Assembly (NCBI GenBank): GCA_964247055.1
Contig: OZ176053.1
Coordinates: 7,006,001 to 7,070,000, forward strand
From: Paragordius varius
Taxonomy: Eukaryota; Animalia; Nematomorpha
Reading direction: 5' to 3'
Length of the DNA: 64,000 bases
Every line of letters begins with the position of its first letter. Position 1 is the stretch's first letter. Shown here one piece after another: positions 34,584-47,753 of this stretch. The notes under the pieces were generated by a model, which made no database searches, was not told where the DNA came from, and worked only from the letters and a program-made list of their open reading frames with translations. The position numbers and the translations under genes are program-made.

Positions 34584-37500
34584 GCTCTTATCCAAATAAA
34601 AATTATATAAATAAGCAAAATATCTAAATAAAATTTTGTTTTGAAAAAAAAGTTTCAAGTCAAACTATTTCGACGCCATTTTTATTTTGCGAATTTTTGC
34701 AAAATATCGTCTTCATTTAATTTTAAGTGTAAAAATCAATTTTTTATTTTAATTACATCTAACATTAATAGAAATAGAAAAAACGGTTTATTTTAATGTG
34801 AACAGATATTTTGAACTTTGACGCAATACAAAATTAAAACATATTTTGCTTTACAACATCGGGGTGGTATATTACACAGTCACAAAATATCCCGATGAAA
34901 TATATATATTCTGATAAGAAAATATCAAAATTATCAAGGTTTTTAAGTGATTTACACTTTTGTGATCAGTCCGTATATAATTGCCAAAGGTGCGCATTTT
35001 TTTCAAATACATTTTTTGGTGAAAGCTAAATGCTTTATTTCAAAAGATATCACTAAAAAATATAACACAAACTAAAAGAGCAAAACAAAATTTTTATAAT
35101 TTTTAGATATGGGCTCTGAAAGTCCCATTTTTTGCCTCTTTTATAATGGACTGTGCTCTAAAAACGGAAAAATTTTGACATGATGCAATAATTTCAAAAA
35201 TATGATAAATTTTGTTATCGAATAAAAAGGTTTTTTTAAAAATGCATACCTTAAAAATTTATTTTTTAGCAAAATTTTGTTGAAGCGTTTTTGTTTATGA
35301 TGGAAACGATACAAACGGGTGAGATGCTATTCCATTTATATATATAATTCGATTATGCTAATTTTTCTCGCTCAGAATTTTGATCAAAATTTTCGCTCGT
35401 TTTTAAGTTAAAATTGAGTTTTATAACAAAAATTTACCAAAATTTGCAAGCAAACAAACCTTTAATTTAAAATTCTCAACATACAGTAATTTTCCACATC
35501 ATTTAAGTATTTAGAGGGTTTTATTATATCTTAAAGCTTCATACCGTTTTCATTCTGCTTCAAAATAGTTTGCGCTTCAACAAAATATTTCAAATTTGTT
35601 TATGAAAAATAAGAAAACTAATAAAAATTAAAGTTAAGGAAAGAAATTTAGAAATATCATACCTCCCATCGCTGGTCAAATCATGACCAGTGACTATTTA
35701 TTTTTTAACCATAGTCATTGATAAAAACACCTGTTTGAAAAAATGGTAGTAAATTTTTTTTGGAAGAGAGATACTAAGATTTATTGTTTTTTAATATATT
35801 TTTTAAAATACAAATATTATTTAATTATGCTCATTTAACAATATTTAAAATTGTTAAAAATGCCTCTTTATAATACAAGTATTTAAGCATAATTAGTTAT
35901 TTCGAAAAACAAGATAGCACTTTGCAAATTATGCCATACAATATATGTGAACCATTCAAAAATGTAAAACATCCTATAATTGGTATTTTAATGATGAAAG
36001 AAAGTGTAAAACAAATTAGGTAAAATTTAAAATAAATCTATGCATTTGAAGATTCAGAAGGCCACAAACATGTGGCAAAATTTATTTAACAATTTCTTGA
36101 CCAAATTCGATCGAAAATATAAATATATACAAACTTTAAAGAAAAAACATGACATTATTAAAGAAACGCAAGTGCAATTTGAACTTATTTTGACAATCTA
36201 ATATCGCATGATACTTATTTAAGTACAAAGCGGTCATGAACCTGGTCTGACTGGGTCTGACCCGATTTTTTAAAAAAGTAATCAAGCACAACCCTACTCC
36301 CACCTAATGAGTAAAGACGTAAAAACATTTTTAAATACGAAAAAACGTTTATTTCGTTATCATATGCCATATATAATAAATTTTATATAATATGTTACGG
36401 GAATACTAATTTTCTACATAATTTCCCGTTCATAAAATGAAATTTTTAAACCTTAACATAGATTAAAATATCATGAATTAATTTTGTTAACTCATTCTAA
36501 ATTTTGAGGCACCTCTTTTTGCGTAAGCCCTGAATAAAAGAGCCATTAGCCTGAATCTTACGATTCGAGATTTATAGTTTCGCCACTGCTGCCTTTATAA
36601 GCGGCATCCAATCCAATTTTATGTATAATACGAGTGCAAAATAAAGTATTAACCAATTAAAAATAGGCCAATCTTAGTTTTTTACCGCAAAATGAACCAT
36701 TTCTTTACAATTTATGTGGTTATTTTTACAGAGGGTACTATATTAAATTCTAAAATACTTTTATTGAATAAATAAAAGGTAAATTATATATTTATATAAA
36801 ATTTATTTTTTTAATTTAAAAAAGCAGTACAAAAGTGGGCGCAGTACAGGCGCAGTTTTTTTCTGAAAACCCAGTACTGTACTGCGAAAAACAGCCTATC
36901 TGGTCACATTTTGTATTTTTTCAATTTTACCATTGCACACATGTCACGCTGATTAACTTTTTAACTTTAGGTTTTAGTTAAAAATAAATATTATCAAGTA
37001 TTTTTGAATAAAATTTTTAATATATTTCGGTTTATTAATGTAATATAAAAGTATTTTGCCATCGTTTCAATTCCCTCCATATTTTTTAAAGTATATAATT
37101 TTAACAGGCCAGGGATATCCAACTACCCCAATTTGAATTGAAGGACTAAAATGAATGTCTTGCATCCAAGTGTTAAAATAGGATCTGTAGCTAGCCAAAT
37201 GAATAGTAATAGTAAGAACGTATGTGGTAATTGGCCAGAAATCAAATCTCCTGGGAATTATACATATCGAAATAAAAGGTCAACGAAACATTTTGGCTAG
37301 TTTTATTAGAAGCGTTCTCAAAACGGTGTGAGGTTGTGTTCACAAAGTTATATCCTCAACTGTTTAATATATAAATTTTTTTGGTTTGGTGTAGACGGCT
37401 TATTTCTTTAATTTCTGAAACGGATCATCGTCAGAGTTCAAAAACTATTGATTGAAACTCCATATTAAACATTTCTCACCTCTTTACCACCCTCAAACAG

Positions 37501-37989
37501 AAGTGTCAGTAAAAAACGATTCGGACGATAAAGATAAAATATGACGCGAGAAAAACAAAATCGTTCAGACTTGGCGATGCTAAATTTATCGGACTATTGC
37601 TATATGTGTCTTTGTTGGTCAAAAACCAGAAATATTTTTTGAACTAGAAAGCCAGGGGAATACTAAAGGGATCAGTAGATTTTAAAGATTCCTCCGAAGT
37701 AACTTATTATTCGGAATGTAAAGACCAAGGTTGACGAAAAAACGTAGTTGCTCGCCCGACATCGTCCACATCTCTGTTTTTGATGGTCGAGTTAATTTTC
37801 CCAAAAAAATGCTAAGCTGTACGCCAAAATTTGGAAGGGAGATGTTAGGAGAATTTTGTTTAGTTATAAATATTTATTCTATATTAAATAGAATATACAT
37901 TCTAATTGCTTTATATGTATTATTGTGTTGTATTTATAACTATTCTGATTTAATATATCTATAGCTTAAATATAAACAACTATTCCAAA

Positions 37990-38420
37990 TATGGTAACGC
38001 ATCCGATAAAGAAACTATATCTTTAAAGCGGGTAAAACGGTTTTCTTATTTAAATAATGGTAAAAGAAAAATCAATCTCGAATACTGTGCTGCAGAAGGC
38101 ATTTGATTTTGCTCCAAATAAAATAACAACAGCCGATAATGAGTGCTAAGAATCGGTTAAAACAATATTTTAAATAGTAATACAGCGGTACTTATCATTT
38201 ATGCGACCATGCTCCCACAACATCTGAAATCAGATTCATACTGGCAACACTATATTCCGAAACCACTGAAATTTAAAAAATTGATACCGGATATTATAAG
38301 AAAATAAATCAATTGGCCTCCTCTAGATGTTGAAGAATTTTTTTAAGAAGAAACCGAATGAATGCGCCTAATGCTCAAAGCCTCAACATATTACGAAACT
38401 TATTTCCAAAATCACCGTAA
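37990..38420 (+). pseudogene. WPPIDVE-family pseudogene fragment (variant b 3' end)
   Basis: KPLKFKKLIPDIIRK*INWPPLDVEEFF, ending ATCACCGTAA. Confidence 0.85.
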
Positions 38421-40777
38421 GAGTTAACAGATCTATATTTTATGATAAATTTATTGCCCTAAATAAGAAAATTTTGTCGGAAAATATATCCTGTAAATAA
38501 ACTCAATTTAAATAATTAGTATTATTTATTAGTAATAGAGATATTATGGATCATAGCTTTCAGATTGAGTTTATTTTATTGTATGAATGAACACCTTCTT
38601 CAAATTACGGGCACAAATAAATTCTATAGTTCTTATTCGATTAGTTGTAAAAAAATATTTAATTTTAAAAACACCATAAAAATTATATCAATTTTAAAAT
38701 TATCCATTCTATATGGACGTGCCTGATTCGTATGTGAAAATTTTGACTGGCTATCTTTATAAACGGCACTAAAGAATCATTTCATAGGGGAATCATGTTC
38801 TGCAATACAATTCTTTACTACTTCCTGCCTAAAATTATCTTTGTAAACTAGTGTTAAGATTTGGTAACATATATATATATAATTTGCACTTCAAGAGTGC
38901 CCTTGAACACACTTCAGGTAAGTCCTTGATCATTTCCAATTTGTCCTTAGATTTTGAAATTTATTGATCATATTTTAATATTGTTCTTAAAACCAGATTT
39001 ATTTGTTTCAACTCAAATTTTTCCAATCAAAAAAATTATTAATTTATAGATGTTTTATGGAAATTTGTAATTAATGGCTTAGAAAACCTATAAAATTTTC
39101 AATTACGTATATATAAAATATTTTTAAAAAAACTAATAAAATAGATTGTTTAAAAGTTGATATTTATTTAGAGTCTATATTGAATTAAGAGAATAGGTTA
39201 AAAATCACAAAATAAATGAATGATACAAGGTTTTATTTATAAAAAACAAAAAAGAGTTAAAGGACCAATGAAATGTTTAAGGATAAACTTGAAATGTTCA
39301 AGGACTAACTTGAAGTGTTTAAAGATACTCTTGAAGACAAAATAATATATTATATTTATATATAAACGTTGATATAACCTTTTGATTCCAAAAACCCTAA
39401 CCCTAATTTAATCATTACAGAGAAATCACAATAAACCGTCAGGTAAATGGCCCAATTATATAACTACAGAGAAATTATATGAACCACCAGATATGTTACC
39501 TGTTTTATAGGTATTAAGCTAAATAAACCGCCAGGTATGTGTCCAGTTACAGAGAAATCAAAATGACCCACCAGATAAGTTGCTTAGTTCAATGGTCTCA
39601 GAGATACCAAATTATTGAAGACTGTCCACTTATAAAAAAAATATACAATAAACTTTAAATATAAAAATATAATATTTTGGAACTAGCGATGTAGATTAAT
39701 TGACTGATTTATATCTTGATTGACCTATATATACATAATTTAACTCATAAAATTTTTCATTGAAATTACTTTAAAACAATTGAAAAACGTATAGGCTTAT
39801 TTTTATTGTCGCATATATTGTACAACGAATTTATAAAGGGTTGGTAGGTGTGGGAATATATTTTATTAACCCTGAAACAGATGAACGGCTCTTTTTTAAC
39901 TTTTAGTGTCGTTCGTTTTATATAAATTCAACAAATTTAGAGCGCGCAAATAGAAACGGAATGGGAAAAGCGCAAATCCAATTTTGACCTTTTCCGCGAA
40001 TACGACTGTTCGATTATGAGCCTAACATTCTTTTGTATTTTAATTATTAAAGTAACTGACCCTTTTCCACAGTAAAATTTGGTTTGCGTTTTTGAATTGA
40101 AAAACTTTAAGTTGAAACAAATATATTTGGTTTTTGAATTAACAATTTAATTTTAAAATGAAGAAATATGTAATAAAAGTAAATTCGGTTAAAAAATAAT
40201 CAAATAAAAAAAATCATCTAAACATTATGATTAAATCTAAATTTAAAATTTTAAGGATCCAACAAATGATCAAGAACTAACCTGAAGTGTTCAAGGATAC
40301 TTTATGAAATTATATATATTACCAAATCTTAACAATAAATTACAAAGATGATTAGGCGAATTGTATTGGAGAACTATATTCATTTATTTTATGATTCTTT
40401 AGTGCCTTATAAGGATAGCCAGTCCAAATTTTCACAAATATTCGCACAAGCATATTAAATGGTATAAGATATTCAATTGATATAATTTTTAAGGTTAAAA
40501 TGTAATAAAATAAATAAATTTTTTACAATTTAAAAACGAATAATAGTTATAAATATATCTGTACCCTTTATAATTTGAAGAAGTTGACTCATACATAAAA
40601 ATAAACTCAAATGTCTGAAACAAAGGATTCATAAAATCTCATTAATGAATAAATTTAATTATTTAAATTGGGTTAATTGATTATATTTTCCGACAAAATT
40701 TTCTGATTTAGGGCGATAATAATATTTAATTTATTAGAATGTATATATATGTATCTAGAACTGTCTAAAAAAACTCT

Positions 40778-41250
40778 TGTGAATTTGAAAGTAAGTTTTT
40801 TGGGTCGTAGTTTTGAGCGTGAACGTAAAATTTCAGAGCGTCATGTGTTAAGCTTTGAGCATTCGGGGCATTCATTCGGTTTCTTCTTAAAAAAATTCTT
40901 CAACATCCAGAGGAGGCCAATTGATTTATTTTCTTATAATACCCGGTATCAATTTTTTAAATTTCAGTGGTTTCGGAATATAGTATTGCAGTATGAATGT
41001 GATTATCAGATGTGTTATGAGACATGGTCGCGTAAATGATAAGTACCGCTCATTACTATAAAAAAAGATTGTTTTAACCGATTCTCAGCACTCATTATCG
41101 GCTGTTGTTATTATATTTGGAGAAAAATCAAATGCCTTCTGTAGCACAGTATTCGAGATTGATTTTTCTTTTACCATTATTTAACAAGGAAAACCGTTTT
41201 ACCCGCTTTAAAGATATAGTTTCTTTATCGGATGCTGTTACCATATTTGG
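40778..41250 (-). pseudogene. WPPIDVE-family pseudogene fragment (variant a), inverted
   Basis: Reverse complement of 6245-6720 with substitutions. Confidence 0.85.
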
Positions 41251-41366
41251 AATAGTTGTTTATATTTAAGCTATAGATTTATTAAATCAGAATAGTAATA
41301 AATACAACACAATAATACATATAAAGCAATTAGAATGTATATTCTATCAAATATAGAATTAATATT

Positions 41367-43648
41367 CATTATTGTAGCAAAGATCGTTGTCGATTTTTTG
41401 CTTTTTCGAAGGTGTATTTTCTCCAGTTTATATGATTGTAAGTGAGTGATGTTAACTGTTGTAAAGAGAGATTGGTTTCTTTGGTTAGGTTTTCAATCTA
41501 GCGCATCTTGCAGCGTCCACGTTTCCTAGATCCGTCGACCATGCCTTTCATTAGTTGGAATTCCAAGTCATTAGCTCTGGTAATGTGACCAAAGTATGAT
41601 AATTTCATTTTGAGGCACATGCCAATCAAGTGTATCTCGGGGTTTATTTTAAGGATTACAGTGTTTTTTACTTTATCTTTCCAAGTGATTTGAAGTGCCT
41701 TCCGCCAGCACCAGATTTCGAAGGCGTTAATGTATTTTTCGTCTACCTTTTTTATTGTCCAGCTTTCTGATGCATATAGCATGCTAGGAAATATTAGGGC
41801 TTTAACTAAACGGATTTTTGTTTTAAGTTTGATGTCGTGTGATGACCATAGTTTATTATATTTTATCATTTTTGGCTTTGCAATTCCTATTCTTCTTTTA
41901 ATGTCTGGGGTGCTGTTGTTAGTTGTATTTATAAGACTGCCTAGGTAAGTGTATTGGGACACTACTTCTTTTTGTTGGTTGTGAAAAGATAAGTTGTTAT
42001 AATGGGTATGAGCGTTTATAGTCATGATTTTAGTTTTTTTTGAAATTGATCGTCAATTCAAATTTTTGGCATTCGTTTGAGAATTCAGTTAGGAGTTTTT
42101 TCAGGTTGTCCACTGAGTTTGACAGCAGTATGGTGTCATCAGCATAATGAAGTGATGATATAATAATGCCGGCAATGCTTATACCATTTATCTATGTTCC
42201 GTAATACGCTTCTATGCAGACGTTAAAAAGAGTGGGTGAGAGGATACAACCTTGTCTTAGACCATACCCAATTACTTGTGCCATGTGGGGTTTTTATGTT
42301 TAGTGATGAATTGGAATAAAGGGATTTTATGATGTTTAAAATGTGATCTGAAACTCCCATCTGAGATATTGCCTTCCACAGCGTGTCGTGTTTCACGCTG
42401 TCGAAGGCTTTTGTAATCAATGAAGCAGATGTGGGTTTCTTTCTGAAATTCAATTTGTTTTTCGAATATCCAACGTATATTGCTGATCATGTCCCTGCAT
42501 CCGCGATTGGATCTAAATCCCGCTTGAGTATTAGAAAGTTCGGCTTCAATTATGCCTTGGATACGCCTGTGAATTATTTTGAGGAAAACTTTTGATGCTT
42601 GATTGATTAGCGCTATAGTTCTATAGTTGTTAAATGATTTAGGATCGCCTTTTTTCAAGATGGGGATGAGTATTGATTTGCACCAGTCTTGGGGGAATGA
42701 GGCGTGAGCAAATATCTTTTGGAATAAGCCAGTTAGGATATGGGGGATAAAACAAATGAGTTCGGTTGGAATATCGTTGTACCCCTCAGATTTGTTGGGG
42801 AATGGTTAAGCGCCCATTCAACTTCCTCTTTGATGATCGGCGGGTCATGTTGATAGATCTCATTGTTTTTATCGGCGTTCATGGACTGGAGCCGTATAGT
42901 TTTAATACATATGGTTCCCATTGTTTCACCAGTGTTTTTTTGTCTGTGATGATATCTCCATCTTCCTTTCTCATTGGGCCTTTGTAGATTTTAGAACTAC
43001 GTGGAGCAATGTGTACTTCAGCAAAGTAGTTGTTGTTATGTTTAGCAGCGTTTTCTAGTTTTAAGCACAGCTGATTGTAGTGATCGTTTTTGTCTTCCCG
43101 AGCGCTTTTTTGGAAATTTGCGTTAAGTGATTTGTACTCTGCCATATTATAGCGTTTAGGTTGGCGCCGTTTGTCCGCCAAATCTAAACTTTTTTGTGAT
43201 AACTTAATTTTGTTAAGATGGGATTTTTGGATAGGGATGCATTATCTGGCTGTAGTGCTAGTGATATTTTGTATTGTATTCTAAAGATTTTCAGCGTCAT
43301 CGTCTATTTCGAGTGTTTTAAATCTGTTTTCAAGTAACAAAGGAAACTCGGGGTAGATCGCAGAGAAATCTAATTTGAGTTTATGCTGAAATTTTGGTTA
43401 GCGTGAGAGAACTGTTTTAATTTTTAGTTTAGCTATAAGGAGATTATGATCAGAATAGCAGTCAGAACCAGGGTAAGTTTTTACGTTCATAAAGGAAGAT
43501 TTATATTTTTGCATACCGAGAATAAAGTCAATTTGGTTTCTGTGCTTCTTGCAAGGTGAAATCCATGTGTATAGCCTTCGCTTAGGTTGTTAGTTTGATA
43601 TGAATAATTTGTGTCCACTGCAAAATTCTATGAGGCAGTCTCCTCTCT
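41367..43648 (-). mobile_element. 5'-truncated RTE-like non-LTR retrotransposon (partial endonuclease plus RT), frameshifted
   Basis: RGDCLIEFC, PKRRLYTWISP, NQIDFIL, PGSDCYSDHNL (endonuclease). KKGDPKSFNNYRTIALIN, QAGFR, CFIDY, AFDSV, QGCILSP, YADDT, YLGS (RT). It interrupts a sequence that is contiguous at 6110-6145. Confidence 0.93.
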
Positions 43649-45255
43649 AAACACAATCCTCCTACTATCTCCCTGCCAAATTTTGGCGTACAGCTTAGCA
43701 TTTTTTGGGAAAATTAACTCGACCATCAAAAACAGAGACGATGTGGGCGATATTGGGCGAGCAACTACGTATTTTCGCCAACCTCTGGTCTTTACATTCC
43801 GACGTTCACCTGTTATATCGATATGTATACAGGAGATTTGATTTCTGGCCAATTACCACATACGTTCTCATTATTACTATTCATTTGGCTAGCTACAGAT
43901 CCTTTTTTAACACTTGATTATTTTTAACAAAAACCTAAAATTAAAAATTTAGTCAGCGTGACGTGTGTGCAATGGTAAAATTGAAAAATAATACAAAATG
44001 TGACCAGATAGGCTGTTTTTCGCAATACAGTACTGGGTTTTCAGAAAAAAACTGCGCCTGTACTGCGCCCACTTTTGTACTGCTTTTTTAAATTAAAAAA
44101 AATTAATTTTATAATATATAATTAACTTTTATTTATTCAATAAAAATATTTTAGATTTTAATATAGTACCCTCTGTAAAAATAGAAATGGTTCATTTTGC
44201 GGTAAAAAACTAAGACTGACCGTTTTTAATTGGTTAATATTTTATTTTCCACTCGTATTATACATAAAATTGGATTGGATGCGTCAAACCGCTTATAAAG
44301 GCAGCAGTGGAAAAACTATAAATCTCGAATCGTAAGATTCAAGCTAATGGCTCTTTTATTCAGGGCTTACGCAAAAAGAGGTGCCTCCAAATTTAGAGTG
44401 AGTTAACAAAATTAATTCATGATATTTTAATAAATGTTTGAGCACGTTTAAAAATTTCATTTTTTTGTTATATTAATTAAACGGGAAATTATGTAGAAAA
44501 TTGTTATTCCCGTAACATATTATATAAAATTTATTATATATGGAATATGATAACGAAATAAACGTTTTTTCGTATTTAAAATTGTTTGTTTTTACGTCTA
44601 CTCATTAGGTGGGAGTAGGGTTGTGCTTGATTACTTTTTTAAAACATCCGGTCAGACCCAGTCAGACCATGGTCATGACCGTGGTCATGACCATTTTGTA
44701 CTTAAATAAGTATCATGCGATATTGGATTGTCAAAATAAGTTCAAAATCTTGTGTTTATAATTAGTATTTCTAAATATTATGGAGTTATTTAAGATATCC
44801 TCGCTTTTGTATTTATAGTGTTTGAAAGGAATAAGAGTATAATTTTAAGATCGAATCGTATGTTTAATAATGAATTTGAATGGAGAAGTAAAAAATATAT
44901 TAATAATCGTTGTTTTTAAAATTTTAAGGCATACATTTTTGTGTAGTCGAATTAATTTCTTAAAAAGTATTAACTTAACCAGGACACGTTATTGTAAAAT
45001 AATCAAATAAAAACTATCCTAAAAATTAATTTATCAAACTCGAAACTATTCAATATAAATGTAAACTTTAGAGTTTTTTTTTATAAATTATTTACTTTAT
45101 ATTTATAATTTAATTAATTTATATATATATTAAACCCAAACTCGAAAATATTTAGTATATCTATGACGAATATACTTAGTCTATTATATTCGGAATCGTA
45201 TGATTATTTATAAGAATATAAATTATATATCTTCTAAATTTTTGTAAGAAAATTC

Positions 45256-45325
45256 TTACGGTGAATTGAAATTCGTATCACTCGCGAATTTCTTACGCTG
45301 ATGAGACTTTGAGCGTAAAAATTCG
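45256..45325 (-). pseudogene. Inverted 3' fragment of the 21390-type paralogue
   Basis: EFLRSKSHQRKKFASDTNFNSP* on the minus strand. Confidence 0.8.
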
Positions 45326-45662
45326 GATCATCCTTCACAAAATCAGTCTGATAATGATTCAGTAATAGTACCGGAAACAATTGTTCCTACCCAGACATTA
45401 AACAAAAACATTTCAACAGATTCTTCGAAATTACTTAATAGCTCTCCTACTGTAAGTAATAAACCCCGAGAAATTACAATACATACAACAAAAGAGTTAA
45501 AGCAGTCTGCTTTGTCAAACATAGTACAGCAACAATTAATAATATCCTCGAAACTCTTACGCCTGCAGAAAAACATTTAGATAAGACTGTTTCTAATATA
45601 ATAGCCACATCTTATAATAATTCCCAAGTAACAGTTATGCCTTCAAAAAAAGGGTTAAACGG
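45325..45662 (+). pseudogene. Internal fragment of the 411-aa gene (equivalent to 20038-20380) with a 1-bp deletion, fused to the 21205-type sequence
   Basis: GGATCATCCTTCACAAAATCAGTCTG... matches 20040 onward; CAAAC ATAGT vs CAAACAATAGT at the frameshift. Confidence 0.9.
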
Positions 45663-45975
45663 TTTAACTTCATTAAGATTATCATTTTAATTAAATTATA
45701 TATTATATTTATTTTCTTTTATAAGATTTTAAGCTCTATTATTTTGCTTAAATTATAGATTTCAATTCAAAATATTAATTAACTATAAATTTAAAAAAGT
45801 TTACAAAATTTCGGGACCAGCAGCACATAATACAATTTGGTTAATTGTCACATATTTTTGTCAAATTTGAAATATTATATTACAATCATATGCATCTAAA
45901 AAAAATATAACAATAGCCTATTGGCAAGAAATATACAATATTCCTTCAACAAAACGGCTAAAACGGTCCACATTT

Positions 45976-46299
45976 TTGTATAATGACACGCCACCAATGA
46001 CAAATGATTTACAAGAAGAAACAACTCCAACAACATCTCAAGATAAGATTGATGACAACAAGCCAAGGACATCAAATAATGCAGAACCAGTGAAATATCA
46101 GAAACTGATACCGGAATTCCTGAGGGAACGAATCGATTGCATATCCCCGATTAATTTTGAACAAATTAGTTTGAAGAAAAAAATCGCCCAATTAAGAAAC
46201 GTAATCAGTGCATCCGAGATCGGTCAGGCCGAATTTTTACGCTCAAGGTCTCTTCAGCGTAAAAAATTCGCAAGTGATACAAATTTCAATTCACCGTAA
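45976..46299 (+). CDS. Second intact copy of the paralogous terminal domain (likely exon; track start is TTG)
   Basis: Differs from 21519-21842 by 3 synonymous changes and 1 non-synonymous change. Confidence 0.65.
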   Translation: MYNDTPPMTNDLQEETTPTTSQDKIDDNKPRTSNNAEPVKYQKLIPEFLRERIDCISPINFEQISLKKKIAQLRNVISASEIGQAEFLRSRSLQRKKFASDTNFNSP

Positions 46300-47217
46300 G
46301 AATTTTCTTACAAAAATTTAGATATATAATTTATATTCTTATAAATAATCATACGATTCCGAATATAATAGACTAGGTGTATTCGTCATAGAAATACTAA
46401 ATATTTTCGAGTTTGGGTTTAATTTATATATAAAAATTAATTAAATTATAAAAATAAAGTGAGAAATCTAAAAAAAACTCTAAAGTTTACATTTATATTG
46501 AATAGTTTCGAGTTTGATAATTTAATTTTTAGGATAGTTTTTAGTTGATTATTTTACAATAACGTTTCGTGCTTAAGTTAATACTTTCTAAGAAATTAAT
46601 TGGACTACTCAAAAATGTATGCCTTAAAACAATTAAAAAACAACGATTATTAATATATTTTTTACTTCCATTCAAATTCAATTATTAAACATACGATCCG
46701 ATCCTAAAATTGTAATCTTATTCCTTTCAAACAATATAAATACAAAAGCGAGGATATCTTAAATAACTCCATAATATTTAGAAATAATAATTATAAACAC
46801 AAGATTTTATATTTTACAGTACTAACCAATAATTTTAAACCAATGCTAAAATAACCAATCTAAGGTTTTATTATGTTACCTATAGTATATTTATCACAAG
46901 TTATATATATTATATTGATTTTTACAGTAAATGCAATCTTGCGAAACTTAATGAAAAAGTAGCAATGTATAGTTTCTCACAGGATATATTTTTTAAATTT
47001 TTTTACTAAAGCCACGAAATACTATTTTTTTATTTGTCAGATAAAATTATGCATAATGATTAATAATTCCTATTATATTTTAATGTGCAAATTGTTTTGT
47101 TCGTAAAAATAGAGTTTCGGAAACCCCAATATCCAATTCCAACAGTGAATCTGGAATAAAGATAGTTCGCAAACCTTATTTTCCTTGGGAACATAAGTAA
47201 CTTTTAAAAATGACCGA

Positions 47218-47753
47218 ATGGTGCGTCAGTTGGGTAGGTTAGTCAAAATGCCGCCACATTCTGCTGGTTACAAAGGAAAATCGAAAACCGCCAAATATTC
47301 TAGTAATTAGAGAGAAAAAGATATGGTGCGTCAGTTGGGTTTTAAGTTGGTTAAAATGCCGCCACATTTTGACTAACTCCCTGGTTACAAAGGAAAATCG
47401 AAAACCGCCAAATATTCTAGTAATTATAGACAAAAGGATATGGTGAGTCAGTTGGGTTTTAAGTTGGTTAAAATGCCGCCACATTTTGACTAACTCCCTG
47501 GTTACAAAGGAAAATCGAAAACCGCCAAATATTCTAGTAATTATAGTCAAAAAGATATGGTGAGTCAGTTGGGTTTTAAGTTGGTTAAAATGCCGCCACA
47601 TTTTGACTAACTCCCTGGTTACAAAGGAAAATCGAAAACCGCCAAATATTCTAGTAATTATAGACAAAAAGATATGGTGATTCAGTTGGGTTTTAAGTTG
47701 GTTAAAATGCCGCCACATTTTGACTAACTCCCTGGTTACAAAGGAAAATCGAA
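47218..47753. repeat. 117-bp satellite array 3 (degenerate first unit, 3 full units, partial unit)
   Basis: Unit starts at 47218, 47323, 47440, 47557 and 47674. Confidence 0.97.

Larger units (their letters stand above)
36180..44745. repeat. ~8.6-kb imperfect palindrome (arms ~36180-38420 and ~40778-44745; the right arm has a LINE and deletions)
   Basis: The right arm is the reverse complement of the left, e.g. CCTATCTGGTCACATT (36895) vs AATGTGACCAGATAGG (43997), and GGGTAAAACGG (38029) vs CCGTTTTACCC (~41194). Confidence 0.9.
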
